NCBI RefSeq assembly: GCF_038025025.1
Contig: NW_027117348.1
Location: 620,001 to 684,000, forward strand
Direction of reading: 5' to 3'
DNA: 64,000 nt
Source of the DNA: Phyllosticta citribraziliensis
Lineage: Eukaryota
The notes below the pieces were generated by a model. It had not been told where the DNA came from, searched no databases, and worked only from the letters and a program-made list of their open reading frames with translations. Positions 9,887-23,789 of the stretch are shown here, one piece after another; within the stretch, counting starts at the first letter, position 1, and each line of letters opens with the position of its first letter. Made by a program: the position numbers and the translations under genes.

Positions 9887-10692
9887 TTAGAATCTCTCCT
9901 TCATCCTGGACGCGACGGTGCGCAGGTTGCCGTACACCTTTCCAGGCGGCGCTCCCAGAATCAGCGACACGACAGCCTCTCTTGCCACGTGAATGTTCTT
10001 GAAACCGCCCAGGATGTGGATCTTCTGGTCTGCAAGCACGATGCGGGTGCGCGATGCATTCTCAATGGCAAACTTCGTCTTGCCGTCCTTTCCAGCAATG
10101 CGGCCAATGGCGCGGCCCAAGTGGTCGCCATTCAATGTCTTGACGTCCTTGATTTCAAACGTCTCGATATAGAGGTCGTCCAGGCGGAGCAGGGCAATGG
10201 CGTCGTCGACGTCAAAGCCGAGCGTAAAGGCCTTGATAAAGTCTTCGCCTTTTTGCAGCGCTCCCGAGTCGTTCGTGTGGCGCGAGTTGCGCAGCTCGAC
10301 CACCTTGTTCTTGATGTTCATGCGCACCTGCAGCTTCAGGTGCTCGACCAGCGGCGGGTAGATTTTGGTCCACGAGGCCTTGAGCGGCGTCATGCGGTGC
10401 GGCGGGACGGGGACCTTGCGGGTTTCGACCTTGAGGATTCGAGGAATGTCTTTGGCTGGGGCAAAGTGTGGGCGGCCTTCGGTGTCGACTTGCATCTCGT
10501 CCGAGGCACTCTGTGCGGGTTCTGCGGGCTCTGCAGTGGCATCGATATCGAGCGGGACGTCGCCTTCTGTATGGCAGGTTAGAAAGGGCCGCAAATTGTT
10601 GACGGAATATTCTTGCCTTGGGGGACATCGGTCATGGCGTTGTCTTCGGCGAGAGCCTCGGGGTTGCGCAAAAGCGCAGTAGGAGCAGGCAT
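9887..10692 (-). CDS. PNO1: Pre-rRNA-processing KH-domain protein Pno1/Dim2; exons 10692-10617 and 10566-9887
   Basis: N-terminus MPAPTAL; RKVPVPPHRMTPLK and KH motif RAIGRIAGKDGKTKFAIENASRTRI; exons joined by a 50-nt GC-AG intron. Confidence 0.95.
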
Positions 10693-11006
10693 GCTGGAGG
10701 ACGCTGGTGTCGCTTTGTATGGAACTGTAGGACAGGATCAGGGCCGGGCGGCGATGTTTGAGTGGAGTCGGGGTTGGCGCTGGAAATCTTTTGAGCGAAG
10801 TGAACGCGGTGAGTAGCGCAAAGTGCTGGGCCGTGCGCCGGCTAGCGCGTGCACAGCGATCTCTTCCCGGCTTTTCGCGCCAGAAGGTCGTCATTAGCTG
10901 AAGTCCACGCCCACCTTTGCCTACAAGTGCCACGCGCGCTTCTCGTCCACTTCGGCGACCCTCACTCACGAACCCTCCAGGCCGTCATGTCCACAAACTC
11001 CCGATA

Positions 11007-13188
11007 ATGAGTCGCCATGTAGCCGCTCGGGTCGGCGGAAGAACCTCGCTTTCCATCGTCGACCTGCTCCGCAGTGCTCACTCACCATGTGCTGCGCGAC
11101 CGTTTACCCAGATCCTCCCGCCCTGGACATTCTCCGCTAGATCACTCTCGTCGAGACCTTTTGCTGCCTCATGGCGCCTGCAACACGCGCCTCGGCTCAC
11201 ACTCTCGCGTCCCTCGACGACGTCATTAGAAGGAACCGGACGCGTTCCGCCAACTTTGGCCAACCAGCCACACAAATCTCGACAAGACTCGAGGATAGCC
11301 CAAATTGCAGCCAAGGCATGGACCAGGTCTGCCTCCAGCACTGCGCGACGGCGAAGAGGCGTCTTCAACCGCCGGAACAAGAGCTCCGTCAGCGATGGGA
11401 ACCAACCCAAAGGCAATCCCGTTCAACAGGGACCCCAGCAAAAGCTGTCGCAGGACGGGAAGGTGAAAAAGACTTCCGAAGAAGCTGGCGCTCACTCCAG
11501 TAAACAGCTGCTGGATCGTCTGCCGCATCTGCCGCATCGCCCTAGCAAGGAGGAACTCCTCGCCGCTGCTAACGGAGCATGGTCCAGGTTCAAGGTGCAT
11601 TTCAAGTGGTTTTCCATCCGGAGCGGGCGAAAATTCAACATGGACGACATTAGTGCATTCTTCTCATGGATTCTCTTGGGCCACCTGGCGTGGGTCATCA
11701 TTGGAACCACCACCTTCTTTTCCCTGATCATCTTCTTGGTGAACACTGTGTTTGCGCAAGAGACTCTAGCCCGGTGGATAGGAAACTACCTCACCAAGTC
11801 GTCTGGCATCAAGGTCGTCTTCGAGTCGGCCATTGTTCCCAGATGGGGAGATGGCGTAATTTCCTTCAAAAATGTCTTTGTGTCGAGACGACCAGGACAA
11901 GGCCAGGCCCAAGTCAGCAAGGGATCGTCAGAGCAAGCAGCCGCAGCCGCTGCCGCTGCAGCTAAAGAGCGCTTCGGTGAAGAGTCAACCGAAAAAGACG
12001 ACGGAAACTACACCCAGTTTGACGTCTCCATGGAAACTGTGAATGTGACGCTGTCATTTACCAAGTGGTTCAATGGCAAGGGACTTCTCCGAGACGTGGA
12101 GATCAAGGGCGTTCGTGGCGTTGTTGACCGCACTCACCTCAAGGCACCCGAGCAATACATCGACCCGCGGACATACAAGCACGAGCACAACCCTGGTGAC
12201 TTTGAATTGGACTCGTTCAAGATGGAAGATTTGCTCGTCACCATCTACCAGCCGAATGACTTTCGGCCATTCCCAGTCAGCATCTACTCCTGCGACTTGC
12301 CCCAACTGCGCAAGCAATGGCTATTCTACGACTTTCTGGCAGCCAACAACATGTCGGGATCGTTTGACAATTCGCTCTTCACAATCCATCCACGACAGAC
12401 GCACAACTATGCCAGCGGCCAGCTCGTCTCAAGCACCGAGTCAGAAGGTGGGCCGAACCAGTGGAAAAAGCACAGCCGAATCAGGATTGACGCCCTCAAC
12501 ATTGACCACCTGAATCGTGGTGTCGCGGGTCCTTTTGGTTGGATCCACGAGGGCAACGTTGACATTGTGTCGGACATCATGTTTCCCACCGACAATGACG
12601 AAAGCATTGCCAAAGTCATGTCCGATTTCTACGACCGCATGGAGGCCACCGTCACTGCTCCTCGCAATGCCACCGACTCACTAGACCCCCAAGGAACCGA
12701 AGACCAGCCCCAGAAGAAAGTGTTGCCCAGCATTGAGCAGGCATTGACCGAAGACGACAAGCGGTTCATCGTCATGGACATACGGGTGCAGCTCAATGAC
12801 GTGCGCGCTGCCGTCCCCCTCTTCACAAACGACATTTCGTACATCAACAACGCCCTCACCCGCCCCATTGTCGCATACATCAACTCCAAGCGCACGTTTA
12901 TCCCGGTCAACTGTCGCGTCGTGAAGCGCGTCAGTGAATTCGATGGCTCCTGGACCATTTACGACAGCGGGCTTATGGACGACCTGTCGAGAGAGGTAAG
13001 CAGCCTGTTCCCTTATTGCCTTTGAAACGGTGCTGACTTTGAATTCAAAATAGGTCTACGAAGCGTTCGTCCGCGACATCAATGACGACCACCAGACACG
13101 CAAGCGCCGCTTCAAAAAGGTCGGCATCTGGACGCTTCAACTCGCTGCCCAGGCCCTCTTTATCGGGCTGGCGGGTAACATTGCGTGA
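11007..13188 (+). CDS. MDM31: Mitochondrial distribution and morphology protein Mdm31 (inner membrane); intron 12996-13053
   Basis: Arg-rich presequence; FKWFSIRS..FNMDDISAFFSW, LVNTVFAQE, DGNYTQFD, CDLPQLRKQWLFYDF motifs; last exon RRFKKVGIWTLQL. Confidence 0.92.
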
Positions 13189-13547
13189 GCGCTTGAACCG
13201 AGTCGACGAATCTTCTTCCCGGCATATGGCGGTGAAAACCAACCTGGCGAGATGCATGATACCATCCGGCCGGCGGCTGGCTTCCCTACACCCTACGATG
13301 TGCCGCCCGATCACCCCTTCTCATCTAACTCTCCTCCCTTTCCACAACTCACCCTCATACCTCCAACCCCAATCTCGAACCTCCGACCACCTACCACCTA
13401 CTCAACCAACCGATGTATTACAAAAGTGCTCTTTGTTCCTTTTCTTTCCTCCCCTTTCTCTCTTTTTCACTTTCTCTCCAGCGATGGCGTTACAGGCACC
13501 TTGGGGGCTTTCTTGGGGTGAGGAATCAAATCACCCTCACGGATGAA

Positions 13548-13570
13548 CGGACGGACGGACGGACGGACGG
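13548..13570. repeat. (CGGA)n tetranucleotide microsatellite
   Basis: cggacggacggacggacggacgg; a similar tract lies at ~58256-58277. Confidence 0.85.
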
Positions 13571-13867
13571 GATAGACTAAACAGCGGCGAAAGCGCAAAT
13601 GTACAAATGCATGCTTGCATTCTGGAACCATGAGGTGCCGATCAAGTGGTAGTGTGGGTGATTGAGTATGTGTCAGCTGAACAGTGCCAGAAGGAAGGAA
13701 GACGACGCGAGAGGCTACTCGCGCAAACAGACCAAACCGTGGCTAATGCGAACGAGAAATGACAGAAGAGGAGGGAGGAAGGGAAGCGGGCCTAGCCAAG
13801 GAAGGTAAAGAAATATAACCTGTTGCAACCGCTAATCCGCTATACAGCGCACCACGCAAACGTTTAT

Positions 13868-13953
13868 GGATTGGTGGCGTAGTGGTAACGCATGTCGCTG
13901 GTCCAAACGTTCGCATCCACGGCAAGTCCCAGGTTCAAGTCCTGGCCAATCTG
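13868..13953 (+). tRNA. tRNA or tRNA-like gene with a ~15-nt insertion in the anticodon loop; isotype uncertain (GGT/Thr if the intron is at the canonical position)
   Basis: Acceptor GGATTGG/CCAATCT, D arm GCGT-AGTGGTA-ACGC, anticodon stem TGTCG/CGGCA, T arm CCAGG-TTCAAGT-CCTGG, downstream oligo-T runs. Confidence 0.8.
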
Positions 13954-14611
13954 ACCTTTAGCGCTGCTCTCTTTTTGCCCTTTTCTTTTTGACTTACCTG
14001 CTGATGGGATGGTGGTGTTGAGTGGTAGCGAGGGGTCTGTGTCGGTGCCCTGATCCACGGTTGGCTGGTTGGCTGGCTGGTGGTGGTCATGGGCGTGTAT
14101 GTGCCTGAGGCTTAGGACGCATCGCTTGGCAGACGTGACCAATGGCAGCATTCACGTACGCGAGTAAGCAAGCAAAGAAGCAATGGAAGGAGGTAGGAAA
14201 GAGGAGAGAAGAAGAAGAGTGGGGCATGGGAGGAAAGAAAGGGAGACGGATCAAAGAGGAGTTGGCGTTCGTCATCTACTACTGAGCACACTGCCCACGC
14301 ACTCACCCACCTCCTCCACGAGCAGCACAACCAGATCAGTTGATTCACCATGTTTACACTCGAATGTATTCTGGAGATGATGTCTAAACCTCCTTTTGGC
14401 TCGACACACTGGTGAAAACAAGGGTTAATGAAGGATGCATATGGGCTGGGTAGAAACAGAGTGGGATTTGGGACTATGGGTATGTTGGAAGAAGATGGAG
14501 ATTTGCCACGCTGAGAATAAGTTTGCATTCCATAGGTGATTGGACATCTAGTCCACCAGGCAGAACGACCAAATGTTCACCCTCCATTGTTTTTCTCGAC
14601 GCAATGCGAGT

Positions 14612-15801
14612 CTAAGCCTTCCAAACGACAATTCTGCCGTCAACGCCACCCGTGCTGAAATTTGCGACGCGGTCACCAGCCTCCTGGTACACCCTGACCG
14701 TGTTTATGCTGTTCTGGTGCGTGGTAAGGAGCTTCGTGTCATCCTTGGCCTTGCCCTTGAGATCCATCTGCTTGAACAGCTGGCGAGCATTCTCCTCGCC
14801 GCCCTCCTCGCCGCCACCGCCCAGTCGGGCAGGCTGCACGGCCTTGGTCTCCAGCGCGCCGGCCAGCGCCCAGCCGCCCTCGTTGCCCTGGAAGCGGTAC
14901 GGCTCGCAGTCGTAGCCGGCGGCGACGATTTCCGATTCGGAGGTCCAGATGAGGCCGACAAAGGGCAGCAGCTGCGTCGTCACGCTCAGCACGGCGCGCG
15001 GCGGCGCGTCCGGCGCAGAAGGGTACACGACCGTGACGGAGCTGTCGTGCGCGGCAAACGCCAGCGCGTTGCCCGATGGCGAGAACGCAACCCCGTGCAC
15101 CCAGCCCGCCGTGTTGTTCAGGAATTCGCCGCACACGGTGTTGAAGGGCAGGCGCTCGCCCCAGGCGCTGGGCTCCGGGCGCTGATCGACGCCCTTGATG
15201 AAGGCGGAGAAGACGCGCGCGTGGCCGTCGGCCGATCCGGCGCCCAGGAGGACCGAGTTGGGGTGCCAGGCGATGCTCGTGATGGTGCTGCGGATGGGCT
15301 TCTTCAGGTGCTTCGACACCCACCAGTCATTTTCTTCCTCAAAGTAGCAAATGGCAATGACGCGCGCTCCGCTGCCGACGGCGAACTTGTCCTCGGACGG
15401 CGACCAGCGCACGCAGGTGGCGGCGCGGTTGATGCGGAGGAGGACGAGGGTGGGCTTCCAACCGGCCGGCGACGGCTCCCAGACGTAGGCATTGCGGTCT
15501 GGTAGGATTGTCGTTAGTTGGGGATTCAGGGATGGCATGGCTGGGGCCTGAATTGGGTCGCGGTGGTGTGGTGCGTACCTTGCGAGCAAGTCACAATCTT
15601 GCCGCTTCTGGGGGCAATGTCGACACCGGTGACGGTCTTGTCGTGACCAACCAGTTCGTCGCTGAGCTGAAAGTTCGAGCCGGAGCGCGTGTACAGCTCA
15701 ACGTTGTTCTGGCGCGTCACGGCGAGGGTCTGGCGGTCGGCGGAGAAGGAGTGGTCGACGATTGAGTGGTGGAAGAGGTGGTGGACTTCGGAGGGAGCCA
15801 T
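14612..15801 (-). CDS. ARC40: Arp2/3 complex WD40 subunit ARPC1/Arc40/Sop2; intron 15578-15499
   Basis: IVTCSQ|DRNAYVW, WKPTLVLLRINRAAT, ENDWWVSKHLKKPIRST, WGERLPFNT motifs. Confidence 0.96.
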
Positions 15802-16477
15802 TGTTTGGGATGGAGCAATAGGAGGAGCTCTCTACTATTGCTGGTGTGATGTGGTGGTTGGTGGACGGAGGGGTGCGGATTAGGAGCAGGCGTCGGGAGT
15901 CTACGATGACGCCTGTTGCGAGGACCTGAGCTAGGCCAAATAAGGCAACTTGCTCGACCGGCCATTCGACTTGGCCTCTCCACTTGACCATTTCATAGAG
16001 CACGACGATGGAAACCTTTGGAAGATGAGATGACAGGAAATTCGAGTCGTTTCAGGAAATAGTGACATGTACAGTGACTTGGGAGGTTTAATCCGTATTG
16101 CCGCCTTCGAATCGAGAGCGAATTGTTTTCCAAGACCCATTTGTCACTGGCATAAATTGACTGAGAAGCTGTTCACAGACATCGAGCAGTAGAAGTCCAG
16201 ATAGAGTGGTTTTCGTACTGGACAGTTTAGTCTGACTTCAGGTTGGAGATGCATAGGTAAAAGCGGGAGTTTCTCAGCAGCGATCCTCCAGCATCGTCGG
16301 AAAAACACCGGCTCCAACGCGCGACGCCGAGCTTCAAGACTCCATCCGTCGAGTCGGATGCTTCGCGTTCCCCTACAACTTTCACGTCCAGCGTATTCGC
16401 GAGCGCCGCCCTCTAATCCTCCGTCAGCTTGCATCCGAAATCTTCAACTTCACGTCGACGCTCCGTACCAGCCCGTC

Positions 16478-17190
16478 ATGTCTCACGTCGAGCGTACAAA
16501 CGCTCTGAACAACTCCAAGGCGGCCAAAAATCCTCCCGCTCAATCGCCTCCCAGTGCTACGTACGTCTTGTTCCCTGCGCAAAGGTCGTGTCATTGAATC
16601 TTCCTGACACCATCGCAGGCTTTACTGCAACAACCTCAACGACAAGCTGCTCAAGAATGACCTCAAGCGCGAGCTGTACATGCTCTTCAGCAACCAAAGC
16701 ACCGTCATCGACGTGGTCACGCTCAAAACTGCAAAAATGCGCGGTCAGGCGCATGTCGTCTTCCAAAATGCGGAGAAGGCGGGCATGGCCATGAAGGCAT
16801 TGCAGGGTTACGAGTTTCACGGGCGCAAGATTGTAAGTCTAAGCCCACGCTCGATCCCGAGCCTGCTAACACGAATAGAACATTGCGTACGCGAGAGGCA
16901 GGTCAAACGTTTTCAACAAGCTCCTCGGAACCTATGTACTGGAACAGCCTGCACAGCAACAGCCCACCGGAACCGCTCTCCAGCAATCAATCTTCAACAA
17001 CCCACACGCCCTCACCACAGCGCCAGCTACCAATGGCGACGCTCACGATGCAGACGACGCGAAGCGGAAGCACGCAGACGAAGAAGCATCTCAACAAGCG
17101 AAGCGGCAGAAGCTCGATGCCCCGCCTGCAGAAGAGGAAGAGGAGCAGGAAGACGACGAGATGGACATGGAGGAGTCTGATGAAGATTAA
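16478..17190 (+). CDS. U2B''/U1A-family snRNP RRM protein; introns 16561-16618 and 16833-16878
   Basis: Spliced RRM: TLYCNNLNDKL..DLKRELYMLFS..VIDVVTLKTAKMRGQAHVVF..IAYARGRS; acidic tail. Confidence 0.9.
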
Positions 17191-18444
17191 TCACGAGCGG
17201 ACGCGCCTCTTGGCAGAGTCAAAGGCGAATTTGTCAAAAATGATGGCAGAGAATCAGGGATAGTATGGATTGGCAGCATATCAACCTCGACTGGGCATGC
17301 TGGACTCTGCAGGAGCCGAGTTTGCGCGCACTGGTCTTGATTGGGAAGGTAGTTACGGAGTCTCTCTTGTTTATGCAATATTCTGATACCCTCAAAGCAG
17401 GACCGCGAGACTCGCGCCGTTTGCTCAAAGGCTTCCACCCTGTGAAGCCAAGGCCAAGGGAAAGTCGAGGCCCACGCACGCACCGACGACCCCAAACCAT
17501 AGCTGGAGGTATTCCAACGGGCTTGGATTGAATGTTGAAGCGGCTGCTTCCAGCGCTTCAGCCGTGTTGCATGGGTGAACGAAAAAAACGGCCATGTCCG
17601 TCACGGGGTGATTCTATGGCGGGTCACTACGGCACTCGATATGTGTTCCCGAACTATGCACTTACCGTCATGCTCACTGCGCCGATAATGCCCACTTTCT
17701 CCATCTGCGATTTGTAATGAGGAGGAATGAGCAGGTCCCCCATCCTGTCAATGGATGTCGTTGCACTACCATCCAAGTCCTGGATGCCAATGTAGAGCAC
17801 TGGCACGCGGTACGAAGGTGAAGGATATATGCTGTATTCTACTTTGGCTTGGGGATTGCTTGGCCGGTATGGGAGAGCTTCCTAGCCAAATGAGCGTAGG
17901 CATAGATAACCAATGATGGCGGACTTGCCTCGTCACTACCGTCCGGTTCAGATGACAGTGCTGGAGCATTTTCCGTGGTGTGCAGGGGAGAATCTATTCG
18001 GCGGACGATTTGTAGCCCAAGCTGCCCTTCTTGCTGCAACAAAGTTAATGACTGGCTGAAGACGATTGGCCAGGCAGACGCACGTCGGTTGTGAGCTTAA
18101 CGCTGTGCCAAGCATGCTGAAGATGGCCATGGTGGTTGAAACAGTCGGCAAGTTTGCGACAGGCTTCAGCAAACACGTCGGGAGACAAATGCGGAAATGT
18201 GACCATGGACATTTCAGTCCGATTGCGAAGACGAGGGTTTCACATTGGGAATCGCCGGGGCCGTCGCAAGTTGCGAGGGAGCAGCGTGGACCCGGCATGC
18301 CGGACGGCGGCGGACTTCGCGCGCGCGCCAAGTGCCTACCTGAGCTAGCACCGCGATGCTTACTGCAACCCTGCCGCGACTCACCACCGCCTTTGGTCTC
18401 CAATCCGCATCTTCTCCTCCCTCCTTCTCCCCTCCCTACTTCCC

Positions 18445-18450
18445 ACGCGT
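18445..18450. promoter_or_regulatory. MCB-like box ACGCGT upstream of the checkpoint kinase gene
   Basis: Exact ACGCGT about 120 bp before the ATG; a single 6-mer in GC-rich DNA, so weak. Confidence 0.25.
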
Positions 18451-18567
18451 CTCTCTTCGCTTCACCTTCGCCTCGCTGTCCTTCCTCACCATTGTCCACC
18501 AGACTCCGCTTCATTGCGCTCAAGTCCGTGTCCATCATTAGTCCAAAAACGGCAACCCGCATTCACC

Positions 18568-20774
18568 ATGGCCGACAAGCAGGCTCCACAACCTGAAAAG
18601 AGTCAATTGAAGCGTGCCTTGGTACGTATTCCTTACCGCAGTAAATCCGCTTCTTGCTGACGTCGCTCCAGCAATCTGCAGGCGAAGAAGAAACCGAGAA
18701 CAAGAAGCTGCGCACGGAACCAGAGACTCGACTTCGTCACGACCCTGCCACACCGCTTAAGACGCAGAATGCCGCCTTTCCCTCACCAGTCACGCACAGA
18801 GGCTCCACGGCCACCGAAGTCGACTACAAGGACGGTACCGCCACTCCTCCGAGCCAGACCCCTCGCCCTTCCACCACAGCCAATGACCGCCCCAAAGACG
18901 ACTCTGCTCCTCAGACTGGCCTGTCCTCACCACCCTCAGACACCCAACCATATTCGCAATTTGTGTACCCCCCTGGCCCATGGTACGAGGTTCAAGATGA
19001 AGAAGGGGAGGGTGTTTGGGGCTACCTGGTTCCCTTGGACACGGTATTCGGAGAGCCATTGGTATTGAAACGGCGTAGCGCATGTCCGATGCCTCATGCT
19101 CCCCCAGCAGTCGCCACAGGCAAGGAAAGCCTGAAGCCAGGAACACTCGAGCGCCAGGAGGAGGAGTACGAAAACAAGAAGAAGGAGGGGGTCCCATCCG
19201 GTGGCTATCTCATCGGCCGGCACGGAGAGTGCGGTAAGTGACTGATTCGGTCCACGCCCGGCCACAGGCTAATACCGAACGCCAGACCGCGTCATCAAAG
19301 CCCCTACCGTGTCGAACCGCCATTGTGTCATCTACATGGAAAACAAGAGCGGAGATACGGTCGCCATTCTCGAAGACCTCTCGGCAAATGGCACCTTTGT
19401 AAACGACGCTCTCCTGGGCCGCAATCAACGACGGGAGTTGCGCGAAGGCGATGAAATTTCCATTGTCAACGAGACAAAGTGCGCCTTTAGATACCCGCGG
19501 AGCACCCGCGCTCCAAACGGCTTCAGGCAAATCTACAGCATACAAGAGCAGCTTGGAAAAGGTCACTTTGCGTCGGTATATCTTTGCATAGAAAAGACGA
19601 CTGGGATTCGGTATGCGGTCAAAAAGTTTGAGAAGCGCAACGGGCCCTCGGAGCGGTCAAGAGTGGAAGGGCTCCAGCAAGAGATCGCTGTGCTCATGTC
19701 CGTCAGCCATCCGTCGCTGCTGTGCTTGAAGGATACTTTTGACGAATCTGACGGCGTCTACCTGGTGCTGGAGCTTGCTGCCGAAGGCGAGCTTTTCAAC
19801 TGGATCGTCATGAAGGGCAAACTCAGCGAGGAAGAGAGCCGGAGAGTGTTTGTCCAGCTGTTCCAGGGAGTCAAGTATCTTGTAAGTTGGCACGTGTGTG
19901 AAGCATGTGTGGTGCTAATTGGCAACAGCATGACCGCAATATTGTGCACCGCGACATCAAGCCAGAAAACATTCTACTTTGCGACAAGAATCTGAAAATC
20001 AAATTGGCCGACTTTGGGCTCGCCAAGATCATTGGAGAAGAGTCCTTCACCTCCACTCTCTGCGGCACACCTAGCTACGTCGCCCCTGAAATCCTCGAGT
20101 CTTCCAACCACCGCAGGTACACCAAAGCTGTCGACGTTTGGTCCCTGGGTGTGGTGCTCTACATTTGCCTCTGTGGCTTCCCACCATTCTCAGACGAGCT
20201 CTACACGCCGGAAAACCCATATACGCTCTCACAGCAGATCAAGATGGGCCGTTTCGACTACCCAAGCCCGTACTGGGACTCTGTCGGAGATCCGGCTCTT
20301 GACTTGATTGACCGCATGCTGACTGTGGATGTCAACAAGCGATACACCGTTGACCAGTGCCTTGAGCACCCCTGGACTCGCAACGACTTTAATCCTGGCG
20401 TGAGCATGGACTCTACAGATGGCCTCACCGGCGCGTTGGACGGGCTCGACTTTTCCAAGCGCAAGGTGGAACGGGAGCGCACCATGCTCAGCGCCATCAA
20501 CGACATCAAGGTCAGCAAGGTTGTGGAGCTGCAAGAAGACGCTGCTCCGCTCAAGATTTACGAAAAGAATGGCTCCTCGCAAACCAATGGCAAAGGTGCG
20601 CACTATGCGACGTCAGCGCATGCCAAGGCCATGGTGGGCAACGGCAACGCGAAAAAGGAAGACACGCCGACCAAATACAGAGCTCCCGAGGAGTTCATGG
20701 AGGCGGGCGGCAAGGGCGACATTCTCCTGTTTGGCGATGAGACGTCCAACTACTCGACCAAAAAGGTTGACTAG
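18568..20774 (+). CDS. CHK2: Chk2/Cds1-family checkpoint kinase (SQ/TQ, FHA, kinase); introns 18622-18671, 19234-19285, 19882-19928
   Basis: FHA motifs YLIGRH..SNRHC..LEDLSANGTFVN; kinase motifs GKGHFA, HRDIKPEN, DFG, CGTPSYVAPE; SQ/TQ sites upstream. Confidence 0.92.
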
Positions 20775-21179
20775 GGTCGTCGGGAACAGATCCGTTTTCA
20801 GTTTCCTGTGGTGCGACTCGAGCTCGAGTGTCAGCAGAGTGGTCCGGGCGCGGCGATGAGGTGTTCGGCTTGTTCCATTGCTATCCTCCGATGCGTGGCT
20901 GATTTGGGGTGAAGTGGCTCGACGATTTGCGATTTGCGATTTTTTGCTTTTTGTTCAAGGTCAAAATTTTGTCCGTTCAAGTTTCTGGAGCAGTTTGCAG
21001 GGACGGAATTGAGGACTTTGAGGGCAAGTTGATTTAGGGCTGGCTAAAGGCGGGAGACACCCTGTTTAGTAGACTGTCTAGTTGTAGCGTGGAATAGCCG
21101 CAAAGGCTCTCGTCGTCGACCCGTTTGTGGCGGAGCATGGCGCCGTTGGGTGCGACTGACTGGAAATGGGCGGGCAGCC

Positions 21180-21243
21180 ATTGGTCGCCTGCGAATTCGA
21201 CAATCGGATCATGGTGAGCCGGCAAATATGAGAATCGTACCAT
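21180..21243 (+). promoter_or_regulatory. Two SRE-like elements (ATCGGATCAT 21203-21212; ATCGTACCAT 21234-21243) plus a reverse CCAAT box in the CYP51 promoter
   Basis: Both fit the ATC(G/A)(T/G)(A/G)(C/T)(G/C)AT pattern proposed for fungal SREBP (SrbA/Sre1); ~400 bp upstream of a sterol biosynthesis gene. Confidence 0.5.
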
Positions 21244-21635
21244 TTCGCCGTGTGCCGTTCGTGGCGTGGGCGACAAAGTGAGGCTGGCGTCCCTGAATTC
21301 AAATGCCGAAGAAGCTTTCCAAGCTCAGAGGTACCTCGCCGAGCTTGACCTCTGGCGTCAGGAACACCATGACGACGCCCTTTGCGCCGCTCGACGCAAG
21401 AGCTGAGGGCGCCCAAGTTGTGACGACGGCAGAGGGCCTGAGCAGATGTTAGTGGCGAGCGTCTTCGGCCACTTGGGCGCGGTGGGGCCTGCACAGCACT
21501 GGTCACCGTTGACCGCCTTGGCGACTTTCCGCCCTGGATTAGCTGTACCTGACCTGACGTTGACCTCCAATAATTACTCCGCCTCCCTACACTTCTCTCC
21601 CGCTCTCCCACCCTCCATCCTCGACGGCCACCACC

Positions 21636-23348
<1,713 letters not shown>

Positions 23349-23789
23349 ACGAAGCACACGAATCCATTTGCATTGGGACCACGGATGGCGATGAAGCTTT
23401 GACGAAGGACGGTCTGATTCTTGGAGCAGGGACAGCGAGCATATGTAGACTTGGGTGCATCTTTGGCGGCCGTCCAAGAGACGACGTCTGTACAGAGTTT
23501 TAATCTTAATGAATGGATACTTCTGCCCTACCCAATCCGCTGGTTGTAGCCACATGGGCGTCTGCATTTCGGGCCTCCATACGTTCAGCTCGAGTCGTCG
23601 TCAGGCTGCGGCAAAAATTCCCGCGGGTCTCGCAAACCTCCGGCGCCATATGGCAAGTTTCCCGATGAAGCAGGTGTTGAACGAGAGAGCGGCGCGGCGC
23701 GGAAGCTGGCCGAGCCGAGGTCTTCCATCTGGATGACGCAGCGCTGCCACTTCAACATCACGGCGTCTCCAAACAATGCTCAGACGGCC

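Noticed and set aside
14573..15505. Long antisense or alternate-frame ORFs over ARC40 (likewise over CYP51, PEX10, PAN1, the laccase and IES1)
   Set aside because: Shadow ORFs expected from GC-rich codon usage; they carry no recognisable motifs and overlap well-supported genes
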